Below, in pieces: positions 30,532 through 44,826 of a stretch of DNA of 64,000 nt. This DNA comes from a phage: assembly GCA_012416205.1 (NCBI GenBank), contig GCA_012416205.1_3033.2. One strand, given 5' to 3'. Under the pieces are notes generated by a model. That model ran no database searches. It was not told the DNA's origin and saw only the letters and a list, made by a program, of their open reading frames with translations. The stretch's first letter is position 1. Each line of letters begins with the position of its first letter. The translations under genes and the position numbers were made by a program.

Positions 30532-30866
30532 TTCATAATCACCAGATAAGCAGATTTAGCAGTTTCAACACGATAAATTTCGTGACGAAGTTTAGTTATA
30601 CTTTTAATAACAGAACTAATTATATTCTGCCCATCTTTAAAGCGGTTTTTCTTATCAATAAAAATTGCACCAGCCATCTTTTTGTGAAGCTCAACTGGAT
30701 ACTTCGTCACAATAATAGCATCATACACAGAAGGATGAATACTATTCACTAGAGTGTCATTCATTAAAGTTATTCTAATGAACTGTGCTGTGTCAGAGTC
30801 AAGCGCTCTATGATCGCCAGTATCATTTTCAAGACAATTATCAATTATATCAGTTAAATTCATCAT
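30528..30866 (-). CDS. Hypothetical protein (cd.1 position)
   Basis: 112 aa ORF. Confidence 0.5.
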   Translation of the reverse strand: MMNLTDIIDNCLENDTGDHRALDSDTAQFIRITLMNDTLVNSIHPSVYDAIIVTKYPVELHKKMAGAIFIDKKNRFKDGQNIISSVIKSITKLRHEIYRVETAKSAYLVIMK

Positions 30867-31099
30867 AGTACGCCATACACCCTTTGTGCTTCAACTAATC
30901 CATCAAAATCCAATTTGAGATGTGTTATTTGGTCACCATCACCTGGATTCACAATTACTAATACTGAACGAGGAGTTTCGGTAATAACACGAACCGATGT
31001 TTCTGGAAATCGTTCAGAAACCTTATTTACCAATTCCTGAGCAAATAGTTTAACTTTTTCTTGGAATTCTTTAACAGTAATCGGTTTTTCACTTAGCAT
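30863..31099 (-). CDS. Hypothetical protein (cd.2 position)
   Basis: 78 aa ORF. Confidence 0.5.
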   Translation of the reverse strand: MLSEKPITVKEFQEKVKLFAQELVNKVSERFPETSVRVITETPRSVLVIVNPGDGDQITHLKLDFDGLVEAQRVYGVL

Positions 31100-31620
31100 G
31101 TTGATCCCAGCTCCTTACTTTCAACGTTTTTAACTAATTTGACAGAAACTAATTCAGCATCTTGAGTAATCATTACCGGGCCTTCTTCATACTCTTCAAG
31201 ATATTCTAGAGCTTTCTTTTTAGCTTCTTCCTTCGTATCAGTTTGAGCATAGATATAGAACATACAACCAGTAATACCTACTACTTTCCACTTAATTTCT
31301 TTATCAGTTTTAATTTCAAATTTACTGATAGAGTCATCTTTTTGAACTTCTTCGAAAAAATAATATTCTGACATATAAGTAATTGAAAATAACGGGCTAT
31401 CTTTATAAGATTCGCCCATTACATCAACAGCTTTATACCAGCAGTCATCAATTTCACGTTTAATGCTAATAACATTTTTCGCAGAATCTATTTTTACTTT
31501 AAATGAATTTTCCCCAATAAACTTGGCAATTCGTTTATTAGCCCCGCAAGTTTCATTAAAAATATCTTTATATCCAGCTTTAAAGCGATAAACCTTATCT
31601 TCTTCAAACCATTTGCTCAT
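31093..31620 (-). CDS. Hypothetical protein (cd.3 position)
   Basis: 175 aa ORF. Confidence 0.5.
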   Translation of the reverse strand: MSKWFEEDKVYRFKAGYKDIFNETCGANKRIAKFIGENSFKVKIDSAKNVISIKREIDDCWYKAVDVMGESYKDSPLFSITYMSEYYFFEEVQKDDSISKFEIKTDKEIKWKVVGITGCMFYIYAQTDTKEEAKKKALEYLEEYEEGPVMITQDAELVSVKLVKNVESKELGSTC

Positions 31621-31682
31621 TTCAATTTCCTCATTTGTTTTGGTAGAGCTATAATATCACAACTCTACCGTAAAGTAAACTG

Positions 31683-31958
31683 TTAAATTGCCTTGAATTC
31701 TGATGTCTGTGATTCAAAACGAATATCGCCTTTGATGACTAGCTCAGCATCAAGACCGAATACGACAATGATATGTGCGGAACCTGGATACAGCGTAATG
31801 GCAATAGAATCAACCTGGTCTGGAAGCAAAGTATTCAATACATGAGTCACTTGAGCATGAATTCGAAGCTCGGCTGCGTTATCAAGCTTTTCAAACATAT
31901 TATTAGCGATAATTTGGCTAAACACTACTTCTACGATTTTAGAATAAGTCGGAAACAT
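31683..31958 (-). CDS. Hypothetical protein (cd.4 position)
   Basis: 91 aa ORF. Confidence 0.5.
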   Translation of the reverse strand: MFPTYSKIVEVVFSQIIANNMFEKLDNAAELRIHAQVTHVLNTLLPDQVDSIAITLYPGSAHIIVVFGLDAELVIKGDIRFESQTSEFKAI

Positions 31959-31960
31959 AT

Positions 31961-32153
31961 TTACCTCACATAATTTTCTTCAAGCCAATCAATAACATCC
32001 AACGCATTATCAAAAGTTGAACCATCTACTTTATCTTCTGTTTCATAATCAAGAACATCTAAGCCTACTCTTCCATCAACAATAGGCCATAAACAAAATA
32101 GATATTTCTTTTCTTTTTCAATTTTATCACAAAGACGATAAATCTTTTCTATA

Positions 32154-32161
<8 letters not shown>
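31961..32161 (-). CDS. Hypothetical protein (cd.5 position)
   Basis: 66 aa ORF. Confidence 0.45.
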
Positions 32162-33576
<1,415 letters not shown>

Positions 33577-33579
33577 TTA

Positions 33580-33810
33580 TTATTTCTCAACCAATGATTG
33601 AATATAATCATGCAAGTCTTTAGATGCTTTACCCCACTTATTTTGGTATTCATTTTTAAGATTAGCCCGAGATTGAGCTAATAAAACATCATTAGTTGGA
33701 GGTAAAGATTCTAATCGTTGAATCTGGCGTCCATAAATCATTGCAGCCATCTCGGATTCATAAATCAATCCTTTGAGATGTTCAAATTGATGCCATGAAA
33801 TCATTTGCAT
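33580..33810 (-). CDS. Hypothetical protein
   Basis: 76 aa ORF. Confidence 0.45.
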   Translation of the reverse strand: MQMISWHQFEHLKGLIYESEMAAMIYGRQIQRLESLPPTNDVLLAQSRANLKNEYQNKWGKASKDLHDYIQSLVEK

Positions 33811-34100
33811 TTATCCTCTTTTAGCTCTTGACGATAATAACATATCATAGTTTTTTGGTCATGTACATATCGTTTTACATCATTAAGCCAAATACGAAAT
33901 TCCTGGGAATCTTCAAATGGCATACCGACCCAAGCTTTACCATCAATAACTTTAACTTGCCAAGATAGTTTAGCTTCATCATATGACTTTATTTGTACAG
34001 GCCAATTAGGATGAACTGTTTCTTTCTTTACTTCTAGAGGCTTTGTCGAACAACCAACTAGAAGACCAATAGATAATATTACTGCTGATAGTTTAATCAT
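33801..34100 (-). CDS. Outer-membrane spanin lipoprotein (Rz1-like; T4 pseT.2 position)
   Basis: Signal peptide with lipobox LLVGC-S; 99 aa; immediately downstream of, and overlapping, the i-spanin-like gene. Confidence 0.7.
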   Translation of the reverse strand: MIKLSAVILSIGLLVGCSTKPLEVKKETVHPNWPVQIKSYDEAKLSWQVKVIDGKAWVGMPFEDSQEFRIWLNDVKRYVHDQKTMICYYRQELKEDKCK

Positions 34101-34450
34101 TTAGAAAGGTCCTGGATGTCTTCTGCGAACTTGTTGAAGGAGTTGTTGATTTGTTTTTCAACCAATCCTGGCTTATGAGCCACCACATCCGCCTTCTTTG
34201 CGTCTTTGCGCAGTTTTTCATTTTCACGCTCAATAGCAGCAATTGCCTCACGATTTTTATTATTCATCGCATCAATATAATTATACTGAATTCGCAAATT
34301 ATTTAATGCTAAAGCGTTTTCATTGGCCGTTTTTGTAATTTCTACGACAGACGTTTCTAATCTTTCAATTTTATTTTTTAAAATTAAAGAAGTTCCGCCC
34401 AATGCAATTACAATTAATAGCAAGCCTGCTGTCGTATTACTTAATTGCAT
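34097..34450 (-). CDS. Inner-membrane spanin (Rz-like; T4 pseT.3 position)
   Basis: N-terminal transmembrane helix (LLLIVIALGGTSLIL) followed by a charged coiled-coil segment; 117 aa. Confidence 0.7.
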   Translation of the reverse strand: MQLSNTTAGLLLIVIALGGTSLILKNKIERLETSVVEITKTANENALALNNLRIQYNYIDAMNNKNREAIAAIERENEKLRKDAKKADVVAHKPGLVEKQINNSFNKFAEDIQDLSK

Positions 34451-34944
34451 AAAGTTTTAATAACCTCTATAATATCGTCTTGAGAAAGACCGTTAATTAA
34501 AATATGATGTTCAGCCGGAGATTTAGAAATTTTAAAGCACGCCGCAACATCTTCTGCCATATCCGATGCGCTACGATTTGGATTACTAATTCCAAGACGA
34601 TGCTTTCCTGTCAAAGGATTAACGATGATATAGCATTTGCAGCTATTGATATGAACATTAGGTTGAGTCTGATTAATAAACACTTCACAATCATACTTAG
34701 CGAGTTGATTTTCTAAAAAGACTTTCATCTCCTCAACCGCATCAGGAAGCATATCACGGGCTTGCTCAAGACGACGATTTCGATATTCTTTAATGGTCGT
34801 TTTCCGCTTGACTTGCTTAGCTAAATCTTTCTTAAGATCGGTGATATATCCAACTCGACGATTTCCTTTGAATACAGAAATCCCATCTGTAGTATCACCG
34901 TATGCTTCAACGACCATTTCAGTAGTAATAAGCTGCAAATCCAT
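34441..34944 (-). CDS. alc: Alc (transcription terminator of cytosine-containing DNA)
   Basis: 167 aa from the second Met; position between pseT.x and rnlA as in T4. Confidence 0.8.
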   Translation of the reverse strand: MDLQLITTEMVVEAYGDTTDGISVFKGNRRVGYITDLKKDLAKQVKRKTTIKEYRNRRLEQARDMLPDAVEEMKVFLENQLAKYDCEVFINQTQPNVHINSCKCYIIVNPLTGKHRLGISNPNRSASDMAEDVAACFKISKSPAEHHILINGLSQDDIIEVIKTLCN

Positions 34945-34952
34945 CATAAAGT

Positions 34953-35005
34953 CCTCATGTTATGTCAGTAAGACTACTATAACACAACATGAGGGACTTG
35001 TAAAC
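34953..35005 (-). promoter_or_regulatory. Early-promoter-like GTTTAC(18)TATAGT element embedded in a 9-bp inverted repeat that includes the RBS (copy 2, upstream of alc)
   Basis: 52 of 53 bp identical to 19134-19186; arms CCTCATGTT / AACATGAGG. Confidence 0.5.
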
Positions 35006-35008
35006 AGC

Positions 35009-36596
<1,588 letters not shown>

Positions 36597-36604
36597 AATA
36601 AAAT

Positions 36605-36618
36605 GGGCCTTGCGGCCC
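36605..36618 (-). terminator. Hairpin GGGCC-TTGC-GGCCC between nrdB and denA
   Basis: Perfect 5-bp GC stem directly after the nrdB stop. Confidence 0.45.
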
Positions 36619-36623
36619 ACTCC

Positions 36624-37802
36624 TTAAAAATATTTTTTAAAACTCATCATAACTTTATCATCAACATCATTATCAATCTGTGCAACAAGGTAAGATGACA
36701 GTTCTACTTCTTGCGGTGCAGATTGAACATTATCAGAATTAAGATATTCACGAATCCAAGGATACGGGTGTTTAACCGGAGCATCGGTAATTGGGCATGG
36801 AAGACCACACTGTTTCATACGAGATACAGTTAAGTAATCAATAAAGCTCCACATGCTATTTGTATTTAATCCAGGAACATCACCATCTTTAAATAAATGA
36901 ACTGCCCAGTCTTTTTCCTGGCGGTTAACTTCCATGAAAATATCAACTGCTTCTTGTTCACACTCTTGAGCAATTTTAACCCATTCATCACCATCAGTGC
37001 CAAGTTGAAGTTGACGAATAATATATTGTGTGCCTTTAAGGTGAAGCTGTTCATCGCGTGCAATGAACTTCATAATCTTGGCATTACCTTCCATGATTTC
37101 CATGTTTTTATGGAAGTTAAAGGTACACGCAAAGGATACATAAAAACGAATAGCTTCCAATGCGTTGATTACATGCAGGCAGAGGTAAAGAGAGCGCATT
37201 AGTTCACGTTTCCAATACATTTCATGCTCTATGGCATCTTCAATAACGTCTTCGTCTGCATTAATTTCTTTTTGGTACTCAATATCAGCTTTAGCATTCT
37301 GCCAATATCTAGTTTTCTCAATAACATCATCATAATAACGACCAATAGATTCAGCACGTTTCATGATAGCTTTATCTAATACAATCTCATCAAATACCTT
37401 TGACGGATCAGTATAAAGATTTCGCATAATATGAGTGTATGAACGACTGTGAATAGTTTCACTAAAAGTCCATGTAGCAACCCATGTATCAAGGCTTGGA
37501 TCTGAAATTAATGACATAAGTACAGCAGACGGCGCACGACCCTGAATGCTATCTAGAAGTGATTGATACTTCAGGTTGTTAGTAAAAATATCTTGCTGAT
37601 ATTGAGGAAGCTTGTTAAATTGCGCAGCATCCATCATTAAGTTTACTTCTTCAGGGCGCCAGAAAAATGATAATTGCTTTTCGGTCAAATCTTCAAAAAC
37701 TTTATGGCGTTGAATATCATAACGCGCAATACCAAGGCCTGAACCAAAAAACATAGGTTCTTTTAAAACATCAACTGGATTTGTATTAAAAACTGTAGAC
37801 AT
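36624..37802 (-). CDS. nrdB: Ribonucleotide reductase small subunit, intronless
   Basis: 392 aa from MSTVFNTNPVDVL; continuous frame with no intron-sized interruption. Confidence 0.9.
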   Translation of the reverse strand: MSTVFNTNPVDVLKEPMFFGSGLGIARYDIQRHKVFEDLTEKQLSFFWRPEEVNLMMDAAQFNKLPQYQQDIFTNNLKYQSLLDSIQGRAPSAVLMSLISDPSLDTWVATWTFSETIHSRSYTHIMRNLYTDPSKVFDEIVLDKAIMKRAESIGRYYDDVIEKTRYWQNAKADIEYQKEINADEDVIEDAIEHEMYWKRELMRSLYLCLHVINALEAIRFYVSFACTFNFHKNMEIMEGNAKIMKFIARDEQLHLKGTQYIIRQLQLGTDGDEWVKIAQECEQEAVDIFMEVNRQEKDWAVHLFKDGDVPGLNTNSMWSFIDYLTVSRMKQCGLPCPITDAPVKHPYPWIREYLNSDNVQSAPQEVELSSYLVAQIDNDVDDKVMMSFKKYF

Positions 37803-38533
37803 TAATTTTTCCTCTTTAAAATTCTGCCGCGTTTCCAACCTGGCGGTATAATATCATCTTTACCTATAAGCGTGCATTCACTTCCATTATTAATCCATTT
37901 CTTACCGCGGATTCCTTTATAATCTCTTGGTTGTATTTTATCAAACTTTGCATCAAGTTGATATGACCATCTAAATCCATAGGCATATTGAAATTTACCC
38001 TCAGCACAATATTTGATATTTGACCCGTTTCCATTAACTGACCTGGACGCTGCCGCAATAGAGTGAAAGGTTTCTATGAAATCCCCATCTAATGAGAATT
38101 TATGTATTTCGATAGATGGGCATGCATACCTATTCACGTTTGATACATGTCGTTTAGTTTCGTTTTTATGATGCTTGCCTAACATTCCTCTAGGATGAGG
38201 ATTATTTTTCCAATATTTCTTAAAGAAATCAGAATTAGCTTTAGCAAATAATTTTCTGTGCAAGCTATACAATCTGTTATTAATTCTATTACCAGCTTTA
38301 TCTGTTGCCATTAACGTTAACGCAGAGGCAAGCCCAAAATGGCCTTCATTTATCTTACATAGTAATAGATGCGCTATAAAATGTTCTCTAGCTGTTAATT
38401 CAACTAAATTTTCTTTATCATCAGAACCTCCCATGCATTTAGGGACTATATGATGTGTCTCTTTATATTCGGATAAAGGTTCCCGAGCCTGAGCTCGGGA
38501 AATTAGGTCATTATAGATTTTTTGATAATTCAT
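37802..38533 (-). mobile_element. mobE: Free-standing HNH homing endonuclease between nrdA and nrdB (MobE-like)
   Basis: HNH motif HHIVPKCMGGSDDKENLVELTAREH; 243 aa; sits in the nrdA-nrdB intergenic position where T4 carries mobE. Confidence 0.75.
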
Positions 38534-40797
38534 TACAATTTACACGCTGCACAATCGTCGGCTTTAGGAGTTTCTATTTCATAATCATCAGTACCAGAAC
38601 CATCACGGGTATTATGATAATAGAAATTTTTAATGCCATAATACCATCCGTATAGCATGTCATCAATCATTATTGACATTGGAACCTTTCCTTTTGGAAA
38701 AATCTGCGGGTCATAATATGTATTCGCTGAAGCTGATTGACATACCCATTTAAGCATAATAGCTACTTGCGTAAGATAAGGTTTATTACCTTTCTTAGCT
38801 AATTTCCACGTATAATCATAGAGGTCTATGTTATGCTCAATATTGGGCACGACTTGATTAAAGGAGCCCTCTTTTGATTCTTTAACAGAGACTGGTCCAC
38901 GTGGAGGCTCGATACCGTTTGTACTGTTAGAAACTTGGGAAGATGACTCACATGGCATAAGTGCTGATAATGTGCTATTACGGATGCCAAAGAGCTTAAG
39001 GTCTTCCCGCAGCGACGACCAGTCACAAACGTATTTTGGAGCTGCGATTTGGTCAATCTTTTTATTGTACCAGTCGATAGGTAATTCGCCTCGAGACCAA
39101 CGAGTGTCTGAATAATATTCGCAAGGTCCTTTTTCTTTGGCGAGCTTAATGGATGCTTTAATGAGTCCATACTGTAATCTCTCAAATAGTTCATGTGTTA
39201 AATCGTTAGCATCTTCATAAGAAGCAAAGTTACTTGCCAGCCAAGCCGCATAGTTGGTAACACCTACACCGAGGTTACGACGCTTTTTAGCTTTTTCTGC
39301 TTCAGGAACTGGATATCCTTGGTAATCCAAAAGATTATCAAGAGCACGAACTTGAACTTCTGCCAATTCATTAATTTTATCTTGGTCTTGCCAATCGAAG
39401 TTATCCAGCACAAATGCAGATAACGTGCACAATCCAATTTCAGCATCGGGGCTATTCACATCATTTGTTGGAATAGCAATTTCACAGCACAAGTTACTCT
39501 GACGAATAGGTGCCTTTTCACGAATAAATGGAGTATAGTTATTCGTATTATCAATGAACTGTACATAAATCCTTGCTGTTCCTGAGCGTTCAGTCATGAG
39601 CAATTCAAACAGTTCACGGGCTTTAATGCGCTTTTTACGAATATTAGGGTCTTTTTCTGCTGCTTCATATAATTCACGGAAACGGTCTTGGTCTTTAAAA
39701 TAAGAATAATAAAGCTCGCCACCCATTTCATGCGGACTGAACAAAGTAATGTAATCGTTCTTTCCGAATCGTTCCATCATCAAATCATTCAGTTGAACAC
39801 CATAATCCATATGACGAATGCGGTTTTCTTCTACGCCTTTGTTATTTTTCAAAACGAGAAGATTTTCAACTTCCAAATGCCAAATAGGATAATAAGCAGT
39901 AGCAGCGCCGCCACGAATTCCACCCTGTGAACATGATTTAACTGCAGTCTGAAAATGTTTCCAAAAAGGAATAACACCAGTATGGCGTACTTCACCCATG
40001 CCAATCTTAGAACCTTCGGCACGAATCATACCAACGTTAATACCAATTCCAGCGCGTTTAGAGATATATTCAACAATTGAAGCGGAAGCCTTATTGATAG
40101 ACTTCAGCGAATCACCTGCCTCAATAACAACACATGAACTAAACTGTCGAGTCGGAGTACGACAACCAGCCATAATAGGAGTTGGCAGTGAAATCTGTCG
40201 AGTAGATACTGCTTCATAAAAACGGATAACATGTTTTAATCTATCAACAGGTTCATCTTGATGCAGTGCCATTCCAATAGCCATAAATGCAAACTGTGGA
40301 GTTTCATAAATTTGACCGGTGGTTTTATCTTTGACTAGATATTTTTCTTTTAATTGCATCGCTCCGGAATAAGTAAATTCCATATCCCGCTCGTGCTTAA
40401 TTTTTGATTCTAAAAATGTAATTTCTTCCGCAGAATATTTTGACAGCAGTTCAGGGTCATATTTCCCTTCATTTACGCAATAAGAAATATGGTCAATAAA
40501 TGAACGCGGTTCATACTGCCCGTAAACATGCTTACGAAGAGCAAACATTAAACAGCGTGCAGCTACATATTGATAATCAGGCTCTTCAACCGAAATAGAA
40601 TTCGCAGCAGCCTTAATGACAATAGTCTGAATATCATCAGTTGTCATTCCATCACGGAGATAAGATTTAATATTTTCATATAATTCATAAGGATCGACTG
40701 ATGTTCCTTCAGCTGCCCAAGATAAAACTTTAATAATTTTTTGTGGGTCAAAGCTCTGAGAAACACCACTACTTTTGATAACATTAATTAATTGCAT
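38533..40797 (-). CDS. nrdA: Ribonucleotide reductase large subunit
   Basis: 754 aa (T4 NrdA length); class I RNR features. Confidence 0.95.
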   Translation of the reverse strand: MQLINVIKSSGVSQSFDPQKIIKVLSWAAEGTSVDPYELYENIKSYLRDGMTTDDIQTIVIKAAANSISVEEPDYQYVAARCLMFALRKHVYGQYEPRSFIDHISYCVNEGKYDPELLSKYSAEEITFLESKIKHERDMEFTYSGAMQLKEKYLVKDKTTGQIYETPQFAFMAIGMALHQDEPVDRLKHVIRFYEAVSTRQISLPTPIMAGCRTPTRQFSSCVVIEAGDSLKSINKASASIVEYISKRAGIGINVGMIRAEGSKIGMGEVRHTGVIPFWKHFQTAVKSCSQGGIRGGAATAYYPIWHLEVENLLVLKNNKGVEENRIRHMDYGVQLNDLMMERFGKNDYITLFSPHEMGGELYYSYFKDQDRFRELYEAAEKDPNIRKKRIKARELFELLMTERSGTARIYVQFIDNTNNYTPFIREKAPIRQSNLCCEIAIPTNDVNSPDAEIGLCTLSAFVLDNFDWQDQDKINELAEVQVRALDNLLDYQGYPVPEAEKAKKRRNLGVGVTNYAAWLASNFASYEDANDLTHELFERLQYGLIKASIKLAKEKGPCEYYSDTRWSRGELPIDWYNKKIDQIAAPKYVCDWSSLREDLKLFGIRNSTLSALMPCESSSQVSNSTNGIEPPRGPVSVKESKEGSFNQVVPNIEHNIDLYDYTWKLAKKGNKPYLTQVAIMLKWVCQSASANTYYDPQIFPKGKVPMSIMIDDMLYGWYYGIKNFYYHNTRDGSGTDDYEIETPKADDCAACKL

Positions 40798-41114
40798 AAG
40801 TCCTCAACTTGAAAATCGTCTTTAAACAATCGGTTAACTATATGAGCTATTATATCACCATGACACGGCTTTGGTTTACATGTGCATCCTAGCCTCATTC
40901 CACGTAAAGGCTCTAAATGTGCTTTAGTTATTTCTCCGGATTTAATTCGACGTATAAAATCTTTTTTGAATAATTCAATGGCAGCCTCCCGGCTGCCAGC
41001 ATCTTTACCGACGTAATTTCCCCAAAATGTACCACGGTGAATATTAACATCAAAGTCGGATTTGTATTTATTCACTACCCGGCATAGACGGCCCACGCTG
41101 GAATAATTCGTCAT
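40788..41114 (-). CDS. Hypothetical protein (nrdA.1 position)
   Basis: 108 aa ORF. Confidence 0.5.
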
Positions 41115-41343
41115 ATTGTTTTTCCGTTAATACAGTAATATCATAGTAACAATCGGAAGAAGTTTTAACTGTGGAAATTTTATTATCAAAATACTCACGA
41201 GTCATTTTATGAGTATAGTATTTTTTACCATAAATGGTAATAGGCTGTTCTGGTCCTGGAACTTCTAACTCGCTTGGGTTAGGAAGTGTAAAAAGAACAA
41301 CACCAGAAGTATCTTTAAATCGTAAAATCATATATCCTCGCAA
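41068..41343 (-). CDS. Hypothetical protein (nrdA.2 position)
   Basis: 91 aa ORF. Confidence 0.5.
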
Positions 41344-41351
41344 TAATAAAA

Positions 41352-42212
41352 TTACACCGCCATCTTTCCTTTAATAGGAGGGTGTGATTCATAGTTGTTA
41401 AGAATAAAATTATGCGGCTTTGCGAATTGACTCAACCAAAATACCTGCGATTCTGTGTCCCATTCATCAAATTCATCTGGAAATTTTAATTGTAATTCGC
41501 ATAAATCCATAGGTTCACGACGCAAAATTTCTTTACATTGTTCTACGTGATTCATATAGATATGAGTATTACCGCCAGAAAATATCAAATCTCCCGGAAT
41601 AAGATTACACATCTTAGCTACAATATGAACTAACGTAGCATATGATGCAATATTAAATGGAAGACCGAGGAAAACATCTACTGATCGTTGATACCACTGA
41701 AGGTCAAGGTATCCATTACGAACATTAAATTGATAGAACATATGACAAGGCGGTAATGCCATATATTTAAGTTCAGCTGGATTCCATGCAGAAACAATTT
41801 GACGCCTATCATTTGGCAGTTTTTTAATACGATCAATAACTTCTATAATTTGGTCTACACCGCCAAAATCACGCCACTGTTTTCCATAAATTGGACCAAG
41901 TTCACCGCTATGGTATCCTAAATCTTTTGCTTGATTTTCGTAATTTTCATCCCAGACTGTTTTGCCTTGAATTAATGAATCATGTTGAATTAATCGCAAA
42001 TCATTGACATTTGTGCTTCCTGATAAAAACCATATTAGCTCAGCAATGCATGCGTTCCAGGCGAGCTTTTTAGTTGTTACTGCAGGAAAACCTTTGGTTA
42101 AATCCCAACGCAATTTAGTACCGAACAGAGCAATTGTTCCTGTGCCCGTTCGGTCATCGGTTTCATAGCCATTTTCAAAAATGTCTTTAATTAAATCTTG
42201 GTATTGTTTCAT
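41352..42212 (-). CDS. td: Thymidylate synthase, intronless
   Basis: 286 aa continuous ORF, the length of spliced T4 Td. Confidence 0.95.
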
Positions 42213-42257
42213 TTAGTACCTTATATAAATTATAATACATTTTATGAAGCTAAATAA

Positions 42258-42605
42258 TCAATACGGTTTAGCATCAAATTTTCTCTCAATTTCAGGTGTG
42301 AAATATAATTCTTTACCGCGTTTGGAAAAACGACCAATAATATGATAATTATTCTCATCAAACGTGATATTACCAATATCCATAGCTTTCAACCAAATAT
42401 CAATATTTCTATCCAGCTTTATGTCAAAATTCCAATACGGAGAACTATTACCGAAAATACTGCAAGCGGATTCAGTGAAACAACTACTATAAATCTTGTC
42501 TTTAGGAACTACTAATTGATAAACGCCTTTAATAAACTGAGGACCCTGCCACTTTGGCTGTTTCTCATCTTTTTCTAATAGAATAGGGTAATAATTAAAA
42601 TTCAT
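42258..42605 (-). CDS. Hypothetical protein
   Basis: 115 aa ORF between frd and td. Confidence 0.5.
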   Translation of the reverse strand: MNFNYYPILLEKDEKQPKWQGPQFIKGVYQLVVPKDKIYSSCFTESACSIFGNSSPYWNFDIKLDRNIDIWLKAMDIGNITFDENNYHIIGRFSKRGKELYFTPEIERKFDAKPY

Positions 42606-42624
42606 ATTTCCGCCACGCGTTATT

Positions 42625-43451
<827 letters not shown>

Positions 43452-43461
43452 ATTATTTTCC

Positions 43462-43761
43462 TTAAACAGACTTTTTCACAATTTTCCAATCGGCTTTAAA
43501 CTGCTCGACGTCAGAATGGTAAATCCAAAATCCTGCGCTTTCACCGTCTTCATAAAGCGGACACCCATCACATTCATCTTCCCATCCCATGCCACGTAAA
43601 AGGTGTTCAGCTTTTTCAACAAGTTCAGAATCTTTACCGATGATATTAAAATACCATTTACCTCTAACTTCCGAATCTTTGATGCTCTGACGTTGTAATC
43701 TCATTTTATTCTCCTTAGTTGATAAGGCTATAGTATCATTACCATAGCCCGTTGTAAACAA
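43462..43761 (-). CDS. Hypothetical protein (frd.x cluster)
   Basis: 99 aa ORF. Confidence 0.5.
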   Translation of the reverse strand: MFTTGYGNDTIALSTKENKMRLQRQSIKDSEVRGKWYFNIIGKDSELVEKAEHLLRGMGWEDECDGCPLYEDGESAGFWIYHSDVEQFKADWKIVKKSV

Positions 43762-44064
43762 TTATTTTTGAATTTTATCGAGCCACTTACCAAGCTTAAT
43801 CATTTCTTTAGTAGCCTTTTCCATACTTCTGAACTTGACCAATAGAGGATAGGTATCGACACCCATAACTAAACTGGTTACAAGACTGTGTTCACCCACA
43901 AGCCATAACGAATACGTTTGAATATCGAGCCCGTAATTTCTGTCTTTATGGACCCGTACACCCATCACTTCAAATTTCTCACTAGCTTTTTCTACCGCAT
44001 CCAGGAAATCATCTTTAGTCATATTAGGCCTTAAAAGTTTTTCGCAAAAGTTCAATGATTTCAT
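43762..44064 (-). CDS. Hypothetical protein (frd.x cluster)
   Basis: 100 aa ORF. Confidence 0.5.
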   Translation of the reverse strand: MKSLNFCEKLLRPNMTKDDFLDAVEKASEKFEVMGVRVHKDRNYGLDIQTYSLWLVGEHSLVTSLVMGVDTYPLLVKFRSMEKATKEMIKLGKWLDKIQK

Positions 44065-44404
44065 CTACATTGTTTTCATCTACAATGCAGTGAATTTTTG
44101 TTACGCCAGAAACCTTGTCTTTGACTTCATCTTCTTCAGAAGTCGGTTCTTTATACTCACGAAAACAATGAAATTCATCTTCGCAAATTTCTAAAAGTCT
44201 ATCTTTGAGGTAAAAATGCTTTCCATTTGCGCATTCAATGTGTTTTACTGCTTTATATCCATTAGCGACGGAAACTTCTTTAACTTCAAACCATCCGCCA
44301 TTATCTCGAATAGCTTTAACGATTGATGAATTAGAACGTGGGCTATAATTAATAAATGTATCAATAAGTCTTGGAACAAGTTCATACTTTTTACCGGTAT
44401 ACAT
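44024..44404 (-). CDS. Hypothetical protein (frd.x cluster)
   Basis: 126 aa ORF. Confidence 0.5.
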   Translation of the reverse strand: MYTGKKYELVPRLIDTFINYSPRSNSSIVKAIRDNGGWFEVKEVSVANGYKAVKHIECANGKHFYLKDRLLEICEDEFHCFREYKEPTSEEDEVKDKVSGVTKIHCIVDENNVDEIIELLRKTFKA

Positions 44405-44425
44405 TACGGTTTCCTCATTTTAATA

Positions 44426-44441
44426 GGGGCTTGATAGCCCC
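44426..44441 (-). terminator. Hairpin GGGGC-TTGATA-GCCCC
   Basis: Perfect 5-bp GC stem between two frd.x ORFs. Confidence 0.4.
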
Positions 44442-44448
44442 TTGATAA

Positions 44449-44679
44449 TTATTGTTCAATCAGTCCCATGTAAAATTCTGCGTCTTCAGAATCCATGCCA
44501 TCACAATATTCATTAGCCATAAAGCGGGTGAGGTCTTCAAGAGGACCTTCAATGACAATAGAAAAATTGCAATAATTGGGATCATCGTGAATACTTGTGA
44601 TACTAAGTTCAGGATAACGATTACGAATAATTTCTTCGATATATTCAAAATCAACGATGTCAATATCAACTTTAGCCAT
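44449..44679 (-). CDS. Hypothetical acidic protein
   Basis: 76 aa from MAKVDIDIV with a GAGGA RBS; the longer track ORF would overlap the promoter element. Confidence 0.45.
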   Translation of the reverse strand: MAKVDIDIVDFEYIEEIIRNRYPELSITSIHDDPNYCNFSIVIEGPLEDLTRFMANEYCDGMDSEDAEFYMGLIEQ

Positions 44680-44722
44680 ATTATTTTCCTCTTTAATCAT
44701 CAGCAGTATTGCCGATAGTTGT

Positions 44723-44804
44723 ATAGTACCATGGAAGGACAAGGATGTAAACCATTTTGTGAAAAAATTTTTGAAATAAAAAAAAGGGGACCCTAGAGGT
44801 CCCC
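44723..44804 (-). promoter_or_regulatory. Gene 32 terminator hairpin plus early-promoter-like GTTTAC(18)TACTAT element (cassette copy A)
   Basis: Hairpin GGGGACC-CTAGA-GGTCCCC, T-run, AT-rich tract, -35 GTTTAC and -10 TACTAT; flanks repeated at 61033-61113. Confidence 0.5.
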
Positions 44805-44826
44805 AATTAATTAGTAATATAATCTA

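Noticed and set aside
36624-42212. Group I introns in td and nrdB, as present in T4
   Set aside because: Both genes are continuous ORFs of spliced-product length (286 aa and 392 aa) with no interrupting sequence.
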